Source of the DNA: Oleispira sp.
Lineage (GTDB): Bacteria > Pseudomonadota > Gammaproteobacteria > Pseudomonadales > Oceanobacteraceae
Direction of reading: 5' to 3'
NCBI GenBank assembly: GCA_051278005.1
Contig: JBNMQK010000004.1
Location: 2,945 to 66,944 of the forward strand
Length of the DNA stretch: 64,000 nucleotides
Below are positions 30,593 through 40,825 of this stretch, in pieces. Position numbers and translations under genes: made by a program. Under the pieces are notes generated by a model. It searched no databases. It was given only the letters and a program-made list of their open reading frames with translations, and was not told where the DNA came from. Each line of letters opens with the position of its first letter. The first letter of the stretch is position 1.

Positions 30593-30906
30593 ACAATAAT
30601 ATGGACGTGCTCGTCATTGATTGTAAAATCCACAGCGATTAATGACTGTCCCGCACACGGGCCAAATAAACACGCCCCATCTTCTATTTTAAACAGCGCA
30701 CCGTGGCTACTGCATTGAATCATACTGGCATCAAGGTCTAAAAATTCATCAGCTTGCCACTCGAGCTGAATACCTAAGTGAGGACAGATGTTTTCATAGA
30801 TATAAATACGGTCATTTTTCTTCACAGCAAATATAAATTTCTCACCGAGTTGGAAACCTTTGCTTTTTCCCTCTGCAATCTCGTTGCTATGACATAGAAT
30901 GGGCAT
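30589..30906 (-). CDS. Rieske 2Fe-2S ferredoxin
   Basis: CPH and CSSHGA ligands; start at MPILC preferred. Confidence 0.88.
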   Translation of the reverse strand: MPILCHSNEIAEGKSKGFQLGEKFIFAVKKNDRIYIYENICPHLGIQLEWQADEFLDLDASMIQCSSHGALFKIEDGACLFGPCAGQSLIAVDFTINDEHVHIIV

Positions 30907-30956
30907 ACATTGACCTAACAGGTAATTTGAAGGCGCTAGTTTAGCCTTGTTCACTC

Positions 30957-31949
30957 ATGATTAAAAAACTTTTAGTATCTCCACTCGGTTGGCTGGTCGG
31001 CATTTTATTAAGTTTAGGTATTTGTATTAGCGCGCTGTTTTTAGGTTCTCTTGATACTCACAGCTTATTAAATAGCGAAATCGGTCACAATATTTTATGG
31101 AATATCCGCCTACCACGCGTCTTGTTAGCTTTTGTTATCGGGGCAAGTTTATCCCTTGCCGGCGTAATGATTCAAAGTAACGTGCGTAATCCGTTAGCTG
31201 ATCCCAGTTTAATCGGTGTGTCTGCGGGTGCTGCACTGGGTGCTGCGTTAATGATTGTTGCGGCTGATTTTGTTGATATACAAGCGCACTATTATATTCC
31301 TGTGGCCGCCTTTATTGGAGGGATATTAGCGACCATGGCTGTTTTGAAACTGGGCAGAAATGATATGCCAGGTGGCATGGCACTCTTGATTTTGGCCGGT
31401 ATCGCCATCAATGTTGTTGCGGCTTCTTTGATTGGCTTACTCACGTATTTAGCGACGGACAGCGCGTTACGTCATATCACTTTTTGGTCTTTAGGCAGCT
31501 TAGCCAGCGCGAATTATTTTTGGTTGATTTTATGTTCCAGCGCTTTATTAATAGTCTGTATTTGGTTGCCGAAACAACATAGAAAGCTAGACGCCATTTT
31601 ATTAGGCCAAGCGGAAGCCAATACCATGGGCGTTGATGTAAAGCGTTTACAAATCCAAAGTATTGTATTCGTTGCATTGTTAGCCGCATTGGCGGTATCG
31701 GCGTGTGGCATCATTGGTTTTATTGGGTTGGTGACTCCTCATATTGGGCGCATGTTGATAGGCGCTAGCCATCGTTATTTATTACCCTTTTCGTTTATTT
31801 TAGGCGGCAGCTTATTGGTGATTGCTGATGGTATTGCCCGTACGATTATTGCGCCTGCTGAACTGCCCATTGGTATCGTGACGGCATTATTGGGCGCGCC
31901 AGTATTCATCTGGCTGTTAATTCGCGAAGGGAGGCGTTTGCAATGGTAA
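30957..31949 (+). CDS. FecCD-family ABC permease (HmuU/BtuC-like)
   Basis: IRLPR, RNPLADP..IGVS.GA, GIIGFIGLV.PH, ELPIG. Confidence 0.93.
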   Translation: MIKKLLVSPLGWLVGILLSLGICISALFLGSLDTHSLLNSEIGHNILWNIRLPRVLLAFVIGASLSLAGVMIQSNVRNPLADPSLIGVSAGAALGAALMIVAADFVDIQAHYYIPVAAFIGGILATMAVLKLGRNDMPGGMALLILAGIAINVVAASLIGLLTYLATDSALRHITFWSLGSLASANYFWLILCSSALLIVCIWLPKQHRKLDAILLGQAEANTMGVDVKRLQIQSIVFVALLAALAVSACGIIGFIGLVTPHIGRMLIGASHRYLLPFSFILGGSLLVIADGIARTIIAPAELPIGIVTALLGAPVFIWLLIREGRRLQW

Positions 31950-32716
31950 TGTCATTAAATACATTGAACCTTAAACGTCACGGCAAGCACATACTGAAAG
32001 ATATTTCTGGCGAGTTTAAAGCGGGAAAAATAATTGCTTTATTAGGACCTAATGGCGCGGGTAAGTCGACCTTGATTCAGTCGATGGCACGGCTGTTAGC
32101 GTGCGATGGCCATATTGAATTGCAAGGGCGTGATATTGCAACTTACTCTTCCGAGCAGCTTGCTCAAAAGCTGGCCTACTTACCCCAGCATAGCCAGCTG
32201 CAATTTCCTTTAGACGTTGAAGAAGTTCTATCATTAGCCACGCTGCCTTTTGCATTAACAAAGCTGCAGCAGCGCCAGCAAGTTAACCAGGTTATTCATG
32301 AATGGGGAATTGAGTCTTTAGCGCATAAAGATTTTCGTCAGCTGTCTGGTGGAGAGCAACAGAGATGCCAGATTGCTCGAACGTATCTACAGCTATCCAA
32401 CATGACCTCAGAAGGTCGCGGTTATGGACTTTGGCTATTAGATGAACCTTCCAGTAGCTTGGATTTGCAACATCAGCAACAATTACAAACCGTCTGTCGT
32501 CAGGCTGCTGAAGAAGGCCATTGCGTCGTCATTGTATTGCATGACTTGAATCAAGCTATTCGTCTTGCGGATGAAATATGGTTATTAGAAAAAGGTGAAT
32601 TGGTCGCTCAAGGCCCTGCAAAAGAGGTGATAACCGAGGAGGTGATTAAGCAGGTGTTCAAGGTGACGGCTCGCCGTATAAAAGACGCTGACGATCATTT
32701 CTTTATTTTTAGCTAG
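31943..32716 (+). CDS. ABC ATPase (HmuV/BtuD-like)
   Basis: GPNGAGKST, LSGGEQQR, LLDEP, LHDLN. Confidence 0.93.
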   Translation: MVMSLNTLNLKRHGKHILKDISGEFKAGKIIALLGPNGAGKSTLIQSMARLLACDGHIELQGRDIATYSSEQLAQKLAYLPQHSQLQFPLDVEEVLSLATLPFALTKLQQRQQVNQVIHEWGIESLAHKDFRQLSGGEQQRCQIARTYLQLSNMTSEGRGYGLWLLDEPSSSLDLQHQQQLQTVCRQAAEEGHCVVIVLHDLNQAIRLADEIWLLEKGELVAQGPAKEVITEEVIKQVFKVTARRIKDADDHFFIFS

Positions 32717-32767
32717 TATTTAGCGAGTTCTAGCGAGTTTTTATTATATTCACAGTCACCGCTATAA

Positions 32768-32803
32768 AACGGTGAACACTCTAAAAGTAGTGCGTTCACC
32801 GTT
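32768..32803 (-). terminator. hairpin between convergent ABC ATPase and psd
   Basis: AACGGTGAAC...GTTCACCGTT stem. Confidence 0.6.
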
Positions 32804-32822
32804 CATATAAATATGTCTATAT

Positions 32823-33701
32823 TTACTCTAGGGTTAGGCCGATCGCTTCACCTAAGCGCAAGGGTTGCCCAGCCTTCATGTCTTCAAGCCAATGCATTTT
32901 ATTTTCACCAAAGCAAACAACAATTGTCGAACCTAGGAAGAAGCGGCCCATTTCTTCGCCTTTCTCAATGACCAACGGTTGTTGGCTTTCACCTTGAACG
33001 GGGTAGCTAATCGAACGTACCTTACGATCGAAGGGAGTAATGCGACCCGCCCAGGTTGTTTCAATACCCGCAACAATCATTGCCCCCACTAATACTAAAG
33101 CCATCGGTCCAAGCTCAGTATCAAAGATAGCGACAATACGCTCATTACGAGAAAACAACCGTGGTACATTTTCAGCGGTGGTTTGGTTGACTGAGAAAAG
33201 ATCACCCGGTACGTAAATCATTTCACGTAGCGTTCCGGTTACCGGCATGTGTAAACGGTGATAATCTTTTGGTGATAAGTATACCGTTGCGAACTGGCCT
33301 CCCATAAAGTCATCGGCCGTCTGGCTATTGCCCCCTAATAATTCAATCAATGAATAATCATGGCCTTTAGCCTGAAATACACGGCCATTCTCGATAGGGC
33401 CCAGCTGACTAATTGCGCCATCTGCAGGTGAAACGATTGAGTTACTTTTGGTATCAATAGGACGCATCCCCGACTTTAGTTCACGCGTAAAAAAGTCATT
33501 GAAGTTTTCAAAAGCTTCGGGACTCTGGCGCTCAGCTTCATCCATATTGACGTTGAACTGCTTAATGAATTTACTGATGAATAAATTCTTGATCCAGTCG
33601 ATACGGGTTTCTGCAAACCAACCGACTAGATGAGATAATAAGTGTTGTGGGACCGCATATTGAAATGCGATAAATAGTTTTTCTTTAAATGAAGTAGTCA
33701 A
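32823..33701 (-). CDS. psd: phosphatidylserine decarboxylase proenzyme
   Basis: FNDFFTR, SPADG, YLSPKDYHR.H, LGST cleavage site. Confidence 0.96.
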   Translation of the reverse strand: MTTSFKEKLFIAFQYAVPQHLLSHLVGWFAETRIDWIKNLFISKFIKQFNVNMDEAERQSPEAFENFNDFFTRELKSGMRPIDTKSNSIVSPADGAISQLGPIENGRVFQAKGHDYSLIELLGGNSQTADDFMGGQFATVYLSPKDYHRLHMPVTGTLREMIYVPGDLFSVNQTTAENVPRLFSRNERIVAIFDTELGPMALVLVGAMIVAGIETTWAGRITPFDRKVRSISYPVQGESQQPLVIEKGEEMGRFFLGSTIVVCFGENKMHWLEDMKAGQPLRLGEAIGLTLE

Positions 33702-33740
33702 AATTAAATCCTGTCGTATTTTATTAAGAGGTGTAATTGA

Positions 33741-34565
33741 TTATGCTTGCTTGCCAGTATTAATAGGGGTACTTGCATCGTTACCCCATTCTGCCCAAGA
33801 GCCTGCGTAGGCTTTCATATTTCTGCCTAAAATTTTACCGACCAAATAGGTGAAGCCTGATCGATGATGAGTCTGACAATGCGTCGCTATTTCTTTGTCT
33901 TTTGTTAAGCCTAAGGAATTTAATAAAGCATCGAATTCCTCTAAATTTTTAATGCGTAAGCCACGGTCAGTATCCATGCCCAGTGTCCATTCATAGTTTA
34001 CGGCACCGGGAATATGTCCACCACGAGCAGCGTTGACTTTTTCTCCGCTGTATTCTTTGGCAGAACGGGCATCCCAAATAGCAAAGTCATTAGAACCTAA
34101 GCGCTCCATGATGTGTTCTTTAGTTAATTGAAACTCATTCGTCAATTCGGTCACAGTATAGTCACTTTTAATCACGTCTTGCTGACCTTGATCTGTCGCT
34201 AACCCTGCTTGTAACCAAGCGTGAAGACCCCCATTGAGGTATGAATAGCGAGAATGCCCAATCATATCCAATATCCAAATTAAGCGTCCAGCCCAGCCTC
34301 CGCCTTCATCATCATAAACAATGACATGCTTATCTAAAGTGAGGCCAATATTTGAAAATACAATACTGAGTTGCGCTAAACTGGGCAGGGCACCTGGTGT
34401 TGGCTGTTGACCTAACTGGAGGTCTTTAAAATCTAAATGAACCGCACCTGGGACATGAGCAGTTAAAAACGTTTCTAGCTTACCTTGGTCGATAATCAAT
34501 AAATTTTCATCGCCCAAAAAAGGTTGCAGCGCTTCTGGTTCAATTAATAGTGGGTAAGTCGACAT
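33741..34565 (-). CDS. rhdA: tandem-domain rhodanese (RhdA-type sulfurtransferase)
   Basis: HVPGA, GHIPGA, active site HCQTHHRS, YAGSWAEW. Confidence 0.92.
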   Translation of the reverse strand: MSTYPLLIEPEALQPFLGDENLLIIDQGKLETFLTAHVPGAVHLDFKDLQLGQQPTPGALPSLAQLSIVFSNIGLTLDKHVIVYDDEGGGWAGRLIWILDMIGHSRYSYLNGGLHAWLQAGLATDQGQQDVIKSDYTVTELTNEFQLTKEHIMERLGSNDFAIWDARSAKEYSGEKVNAARGGHIPGAVNYEWTLGMDTDRGLRIKNLEEFDALLNSLGLTKDKEIATHCQTHHRSGFTYLVGKILGRNMKAYAGSWAEWGNDASTPINTGKQA

Positions 34566-35044
34566 AGCGCCATCCGTAGATAGTATTCAATATTAACTCA
34601 CATTGTACTATCGCTATTTGCACTCTGGCAAATAGCGTCTGTGAAGCTTAACGCTGATTTATTTTACGATCTTCATCAGTCCCCCTTTTTTGGCTGATAA
34701 TCGCAAGTTTACTCAAGCTTTTACTGGCCGCAAGGCAGAGAGATGTGAACGCAATATATTCAGCGGGTTGCATAGGGGGTTGTGAGGCGGAGTACTTGGC
34801 AATAATAGGAATTATTGGAATTCCAGTATTTTTTGCCAATCGTCTGTATCCGGCAGTGAATATGTCTTACGTGTATTCAATGTCATTTGTGTATTTGAGA
34901 AAACTCCAAACATAACCTTAGCGTACTATAGTACTATTAGTCAGTTTCTTAGAAACCGCTTGTTTTCTTAACATGATTTTCAAAGGATATTGAAGTGTAT
35001 CTTAACGTTTAGGGACATCCGTTGAATAACCTGGAAATTTTCAC

Positions 35045-35896
35045 ATGCTGTTTATAATCGGAATTATTATCGTATTTGGTAGTGTTGGCTGGGGCTTTGT
35101 ATTGTCTCATGGTCAGTTGGCAGCACTGTGGCAGCCGTTTGAAGTAATGATTATTGTGGGGGCGGCGGGCGGCGCTTATTTAATATCGAATCCATTCCAT
35201 CTGGTTATCGATACGCTAAAACTTATGCCGCAAGTGATCTTAGGTTCAAAAGTTAATAAAGCGATGTGCCTTGATGTGTTGAGTTTGATCTACGACATTC
35301 TCAACAAATCTCGTCGCGAAGGTATGATGGCAATTGAATCCGATGTTGAAAATCCTCACGCCAGTGCAATTTTTGCCCGTTATCCAGCGATACTAATGAA
35401 TGATGCTTTAGCGCGTTTTATTGCTGATTACTTTCGTATAATTTCATCCAGCAACCTTGCTGCACATGAATTGGAGGCATTAATGGATCAAGAAATTGAG
35501 GCCCGCTTTCACGAGTTAGAACAGCCAGGCTCTGCGTTGGGCAAGGTTGCAGATGCACTGCCAGGTTTTGGTATTGTTGCCGCCGTATTAGGCATTGTTA
35601 TTACCATGGGGTCCATTGGGGGGGACCCTGCCATTATTGGTAAGCATGTTGCCGCAGCCTTAGTCGGAACTTTTATGGGGGTTTTATTTGCCTATGGGCT
35701 GGTGGGGCCGATCAGTAGTCGAATGAAGCATATCGCGGAGGATGAAATTAAATTGTACGATGCTACTAAAGCTTCCATTATCGCTTCTATGAATGGTTTA
35801 GCACCCCTGTTAGCTATTGAATTTGGCCGCAAATCATTATTTACCCATGGTCGTCCTTCTTTTGACGAAGTGGATAGTAAGATTCGTGGTCGTTAA
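35045..35896 (+). CDS. motA: flagellar stator MotA
   Basis: LWQPFE, R.EGMMAIE, LPGFGIVAAVLG, IEFGRK. Confidence 0.95.
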   Translation: MLFIIGIIIVFGSVGWGFVLSHGQLAALWQPFEVMIIVGAAGGAYLISNPFHLVIDTLKLMPQVILGSKVNKAMCLDVLSLIYDILNKSRREGMMAIESDVENPHASAIFARYPAILMNDALARFIADYFRIISSSNLAAHELEALMDQEIEARFHELEQPGSALGKVADALPGFGIVAAVLGIVITMGSIGGDPAIIGKHVAAALVGTFMGVLFAYGLVGPISSRMKHIAEDEIKLYDATKASIIASMNGLAPLLAIEFGRKSLFTHGRPSFDEVDSKIRGR

Positions 35897-35947
35897 CCTG
35901 ATGATACTCATCGCAGTGCTCCTTAAGACGTTAGTAAGGGTGCCAAT

Positions 35948-36970
35948 ATGGGGAATTTAGGGCAGCGTACTATTATCGTTAGGCGTATCAAAAAGAATCG
36001 CCATGAAGATCATGGTGGCGCTTGGAAAGTAGCGATGGCCGATTTTGCGCTTGCTATGATGGCGTTGTTTATTGTGCTCTGGTTGACGAATTCCTCTAAT
36101 AAAGCAGAGCGTGAAGCCATTGAAGGATATTTTCAAGATCCGCAAGGATACGAAGAGAGTCAACGAATGCCGAGTGCCTATGTGATAGATCTGGGAGGCA
36201 CCCCCACTACCGCCGATAATACCGCCATTTCTGAAAGGTTAGATCCAGAAAAAATATTGCAGGCTGAAGAAATTGAAAGTTTGGATGAAGCGATAGAGCG
36301 TCAGGGCTTAGAGCAATTAAAAGCAGAAATTGAAGCGAAGATTGACGCTAGCCCAACGTTGAGTCCGTTTAAAAATCAGATGGCGATCGATATCACAACG
36401 GAAGGGTTACGGATTCAAATTGTCGACCAAACAAAGCGCCCAATGTTTAATGCCGGCAGTGCAAAACTCAAATATTACAGTGAAGATATTCTGTACGAAC
36501 TAGCCCCTATGTTGACGACAGTAGACAATAAATTATCCATCACTGGGCATACTGATACCGATGCGTATTATGAAAATAATCCAGAGGATGATGTCAATTG
36601 GGAGCTATCTGCTCGACGGGCAAACTCAGCGCGAAGGGCCTTAATGGAGGCCGGTATAAAGAAATCACAAATTGCGCAAATTTTAGGGGTGGGAGATACG
36701 GCCCCGCTTGATATTAATAACCCAGAAAGTGACATTAACCGCCGCATTGCGATTGTATTGTTGAATAGAAAATCTCAAAAAGGCATCGAGTCGCGCTCGG
36801 GTGGCCGTCGGCCAAAATTTATTAACAAAAGTGGATCTGAGAACAATCAAGACGCAAGGAAGCCGATCATTAATACGTCGGGCTCTGTTATTGAAACGTT
36901 GAAGGACGATCGCGAGCGTATAGACAACAGCTACGATACACCACCCAACGAAGAAGAACGTATTTGGTAG
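35948..36970 (+). CDS. motB: flagellar stator MotB
   Basis: HGGAWKVAMADF with conserved Asp; OmpA-like GHTD, NWELSARRA, NRRI. Confidence 0.95.
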   Translation: MGNLGQRTIIVRRIKKNRHEDHGGAWKVAMADFALAMMALFIVLWLTNSSNKAEREAIEGYFQDPQGYEESQRMPSAYVIDLGGTPTTADNTAISERLDPEKILQAEEIESLDEAIERQGLEQLKAEIEAKIDASPTLSPFKNQMAIDITTEGLRIQIVDQTKRPMFNAGSAKLKYYSEDILYELAPMLTTVDNKLSITGHTDTDAYYENNPEDDVNWELSARRANSARRALMEAGIKKSQIAQILGVGDTAPLDINNPESDINRRIAIVLLNRKSQKGIESRSGGRRPKFINKSGSENNQDARKPIINTSGSVIETLKDDRERIDNSYDTPPNEEERIW

Positions 36971-37001
36971 CATACATTCACAATTATTTTCTAATACCCC
37001 C

Positions 37002-37030
37002 AAAAAGGCTTCTAACTTAGAAGCCTTTTT
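37002..37030. terminator. bidirectional terminator motB/rsgA
   Basis: AAAAAGGCTTCTAA C TTAGAAGCCTTTTT. Confidence 0.85.
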
Positions 37031-37056
37031 GTGTATCGCTATAGGCTAATAATACG

Positions 37057-38103
37057 TTAGAAACCCTTATCAAATTCACCTAGAGTCGACAAAATACGTT
37101 TATAACTATTAAAACGTAATTGACTGATTTTACCGGTTTCTAAGCTTTCACGAATTGCACACTTAGGTTCTAGCTCATGCTGGCAATCGCGGAATTTACA
37201 GTGACCAATCATATCGCGCAACTCTTTAAAACCATACAGCACATCATCGGGCTCCATGTGCCACAAACCAAACTCCCGTATTCCTGGGGAGTCGATTAAG
37301 TCACCCCCGGCAGGGAAGTGATATAGGCGTGCCGTGGTGGTGGTATGGCGGCCTTTTTTACTAGCGACAGAAAGAGGGCCTACTTTTAATTCTTGCTTGG
37401 GTAGCAGGACTTGAATCAGGCTTGATTTACCCACACCTGATTGCCCAACGAAGACACTGATACGCCCATTTAGCTTTTTCTTCAGATCTTCTAAGCCATC
37501 TTCCTGAGTGATCGACAAGGTCATTGTCTGATAACCCAGCTTCTCATAATCTGCCATCATATTACGCATATAAGGGCCTGAGACATCATCGAGCAGATCG
37601 GTCTTATTCAATAGAATGATCGGTTCTATGTTGCAGTTCTCTGCGGCCACTAAATAGCGGTCAATTAGATTAGGATGTACCACGGGTTCGCACGCCACAA
37701 CCAAAACGATAAAGTCGATGTTGGCCGCAACGGGCTTAATCTCGTTATAAGGATTTGGACGCGACAGTTCGCTATCGCGCGGTAAAATTGCAACCACGAC
37801 CCCCAGCTCACTTTTTTCCATGCGATAAATGACGCGATCACCGGTTACGAGAGAACCGAGGTTCGCCCGCATGTGGCAACGACGGGTATCATCAAAGATA
37901 CCCTTGTCGATGCTATCTAGGGATTCGACTTCTACTTGCGTACCAAAGTGCGCGATGATTATGCCGTGTAATTCAGGGCCTAATTCATTGCCAGTTAGCT
38001 GCTCAGTAATGTCTGATTCTTTACGAGTCGCACGGTCGGTGCGTTCTTGTTGAATCTTTTCGATACGCCATTTTTGACGTTTATTTAATTTTCTTTTAGC
38101 CAT
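37057..38103 (-). CDS. rsgA: small-subunit ribosome biogenesis GTPase RsgA
   Basis: [39 protein letters not shown]; start MAKRKL. Confidence 0.97.
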   Translation of the reverse strand: MAKRKLNKRQKWRIEKIQQERTDRATRKESDITEQLTGNELGPELHGIIIAHFGTQVEVESLDSIDKGIFDDTRRCHMRANLGSLVTGDRVIYRMEKSELGVVVAILPRDSELSRPNPYNEIKPVAANIDFIVLVVACEPVVHPNLIDRYLVAAENCNIEPIILLNKTDLLDDVSGPYMRNMMADYEKLGYQTMTLSITQEDGLEDLKKKLNGRISVFVGQSGVGKSSLIQVLLPKQELKVGPLSVASKKGRHTTTTARLYHFPAGGDLIDSPGIREFGLWHMEPDDVLYGFKELRDMIGHCKFRDCQHELEPKCAIRESLETGKISQLRFNSYKRILSTLGEFDKGF

Positions 38104-38178
38104 AGTCGCTATTGTCGGTGTTGGCCGCGACGGACGCAAGTTGCTAAACTACCTACATTGATTAAGAGTGGTAAAAAA

Positions 38179-38721
38179 ATGAGTAGAACAGATACCTTGG
38201 TCTGGATGGACCTAGAGATGACAGGACTGGATCCCGAAGATAATGTGATCATTGAAATAGCCACAATTATCACTGATGACGAATTGAATATTATCGCTGA
38301 AGGGCCCGTCATTGCTGTGCATCAGCCAGATTTTGAGCTGGATAAGATGGACGATTGGAACGTGAAAACTCATAACGGTTCTGGTTTGGTTAAGCGGGTA
38401 AAAGCCAGTGCAGTGACCATGGAAGAGGCCGAAAAGCAGACGATAGAATTTATTGCCTTGCATGTAAAAAAAGGTCACTCACCGCTGTGTGGTAACAGTA
38501 TTCACCAAGATCGCCGCTTCTTAGTGAAGCAAATGCCGCTTTTGGAAGAGTTTGTGCATTATCGCAATATTGATGTCAGCACCTTAAAAGAGTTGGCGAA
38601 GCGCTGGAAACCTTCGATTTTACCCGGTTTTAAGAAGAGTGGTTCGCACCAGGCATTAGATGATATTTTAGAATCAATTGCGGAAATGAAGTATTACCGC
38701 GAGCACTTTTTAGCGAATTAG
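38179..38721 (+). CDS. orn: oligoribonuclease
   Basis: [37 protein letters not shown]. Confidence 0.97.
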   Translation: MSRTDTLVWMDLEMTGLDPEDNVIIEIATIITDDELNIIAEGPVIAVHQPDFELDKMDDWNVKTHNGSGLVKRVKASAVTMEEAEKQTIEFIALHVKKGHSPLCGNSIHQDRRFLVKQMPLLEEFVHYRNIDVSTLKELAKRWKPSILPGFKKSGSHQALDDILESIAEMKYYREHFLAN

Positions 38722-38763
38722 ATTAAATAAAAGGGCTGTTAATGAAAGCAGCCCATTGTTGAC

Positions 38764-39303
38764 TTAATGTTCGAGCATCTGATCCAACAGTTCAATGACA
38801 TCATAGCTGTGAATTAACAGATCTTTATCTTCTGGCAGTAAAAAGCCTTCTTCCTCTGCATTACTCAGCATCTGAATCATCGGACCAAAGTAGTTATTCA
38901 CATTCAATAAGCCACACGGCTTGCTATGAAAGCCTAATTTTTTCCAGGTATAGACCTCAAAGAATTCCTCAAACGTGCCGATGCCACCAGGGAACGTAAT
39001 AAAGCCCTCTGCCAGCTCCGCCATCATGGATTTACGCTCGTGCATATTATCTGTGACGTGCAGTTTGGTGAGGCCTGAATGAAAGATCTCTTTATCGTGC
39101 AGAGCCTTCACGGTTACGCCAATTACTCTTCCACCCGCGACCAATACGCTATCTGCGAGTAACTTCATTAAGCCGGTATTTGATCCGCCATAAACGCAGG
39201 TGATATTGCGCTGGGCTAACTCAGTTCCTAGCCGCTGAATGGCGGCCGCATAAATAGGACTTGAGCCCATATTGGCGCCTAAAAAAATACAAATAGATTT
39301 CAT
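38764..39303 (-). CDS. LOG family nucleotide phosphoribohydrolase (TIGR00730-like)
   Basis: VYGG..TGLM, MHERK..M, PGGIGTFEE. Confidence 0.92.
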   Translation of the reverse strand: MKSICIFLGANMGSSPIYAAAIQRLGTELAQRNITCVYGGSNTGLMKLLADSVLVAGGRVIGVTVKALHDKEIFHSGLTKLHVTDNMHERKSMMAELAEGFITFPGGIGTFEEFFEVYTWKKLGFHSKPCGLLNVNNYFGPMIQMLSNAEEEGFLLPEDKDLLIHSYDVIELLDQMLEH

Positions 39304-39338
39304 GGTGATGGGTGTACCGATAGTTGTGGGGTATGGCG

Positions 39339-39356
39339 CAGCACTTCCTTGTGCTG
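39339..39356 (-). promoter_or_regulatory. candidate CsrA/RsmA-binding hairpin in LOG leader
   Basis: CAGCAC-AAGGAA-GTGCTG on the coding strand, 35 nt before the ATG. Confidence 0.5.
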
Positions 39357-39378
39357 ACTTAATTTTTCAATCGAGTTT

Positions 39379-40710
39379 TTAATTTAGATCTTTAATAAAA
39401 ATCTTTGAATTTCTTTGAAAATTATACAGTGACTGCCGTTCTTGGGGCAGGGCTGAAATATCAGCCTCACTGAATCCTCTTTCCATAAACCAATGCGCTG
39501 TGCGCGTGGTTAAAACAAAGATCTTGTGGGTATTATCAGCTTTTGCCTGTGCACTAATCGCAGTTAATAAACGATCGCCTCGTTGGCCAGAGCGGTATTC
39601 ACTGCTAACCGCGACACATGCGATTTCAGCCAATTCTGCTGAATAAGGGTATAACGCGGCGCAAGCGATGATCATGCCGTCACGCTCAATCACTTTAAAG
39701 CGGTTTATTTCAGTTTCTAATAGCTCTCGTGAACGACGAACCAAAATACCTTGTTCTTCGAGTGGGGTTAATAGTTCTAAAATCCCGCCCACATCTTCAA
39801 TGTTCGCTTGGCGTAACAATTCATAATCGTCGGCGGTAATCAGTGTTCCCGCGCCTTCATGAGTAAACAGTTCTTGCAGTAAGGCACCGTCGATTTTGTA
39901 ACTTAATAAATGCGCTCTATTAATGCCGGCTTTAACGGCGGTTAAAGCTGCTTGAGCGTGCACTTTATGTTCGCCTGATAAGTTGCTTGCCAATTGAGAT
40001 AATTCAGCGGTGGTTATTTGCGAAATAACGGCGGCATCATTACTGCCTGAATGTGTCTCTGATTTAGCCGCTGAAGGTAAACCTTCGTCTTCACCCATTA
40101 AAATTAACTTTTCAGCCGCTAACGAAATGGCCGTTTGTGTTGCCACATCTTCTGCTGTTAAGTTAAACATTTCACCGCTAGGGGAGTAACCGCAGCTGGA
40201 TAATAAAACAATGTTGCCTTGATCGAGCTGCTGGCTAATGGCTTCTCTATCGATACGACGGACTTCACCCGTGTGCTGAAAATCAACACCGTCAATGACC
40301 CCCTTTGGCTTTGCCGTAACAAAGTTACCACTCACCACACGAATGCGAGCACCGTGCATAGGCGTATTCGGCAAGCCCACAGAAAGCCGGGCTTCAATAT
40401 CGGATTTCACAATACCAATCGCCGCGCGCACCGCATTCAGTGCTGCTTGATCGGTAATGCGTAAATCACCGTGAAACTGGCTTTTAATATTAAGGACATT
40501 GAGCGCTTGGTCGATTTGTGGACGCGCACCATGAACAATCACTAAGCGCACGCCCAGACTATTGAGCAAAGCAATGTCTTGCACTATGTGAGCAAAGTTA
40601 TCATTGGCAATCGCATCACCTTCTAGCATTAGGACAAAGGTTTTTCCTCTGTGCGCATTGATGTAGGGGGATGAGTGTCTAAACCATTTAACGTACTGGC
40701 TATTATCCAT
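39379..40710 (-). CDS. argA: amino-acid N-acetyltransferase
   Basis: WFR.SSPYINAHRGKTFV, AAK + GNAT domains, LTTRTAHWF.ERGF, YNFQRNSK. Confidence 0.97.
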   Translation of the reverse strand: MDNSQYVKWFRHSSPYINAHRGKTFVLMLEGDAIANDNFAHIVQDIALLNSLGVRLVIVHGARPQIDQALNVLNIKSQFHGDLRITDQAALNAVRAAIGIVKSDIEARLSVGLPNTPMHGARIRVVSGNFVTAKPKGVIDGVDFQHTGEVRRIDREAISQQLDQGNIVLLSSCGYSPSGEMFNLTAEDVATQTAISLAAEKLILMGEDEGLPSAAKSETHSGSNDAAVISQITTAELSQLASNLSGEHKVHAQAALTAVKAGINRAHLLSYKIDGALLQELFTHEGAGTLITADDYELLRQANIEDVGGILELLTPLEEQGILVRRSRELLETEINRFKVIERDGMIIACAALYPYSAELAEIACVAVSSEYRSGQRGDRLLTAISAQAKADNTHKIFVLTTRTAHWFMERGFSEADISALPQERQSLYNFQRNSKIFIKDLN

Positions 40711-40825
40711 TTTAATCTATCAAATATATTAAGGTGTATTCAGGTTAAGCAACATAGCACAAACCTACTTTGTCATTAAGTTGAGATTCATAAAAGCACA
40801 CAAATAAGCGACCGCTAAGTCATTA

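Noticed and set aside
34648-34839. 63-aa ORF between rhdA and motA
   Set aside because: TTG start, no SD or motif; could be a gene remnant but I cannot support a call
35002-35028. TTAA-N15-GTTGAATA as a sigma28 promoter for motAB
   Set aside because: Position is plausible but too many mismatches to TAAA-N15-GCCGATAA
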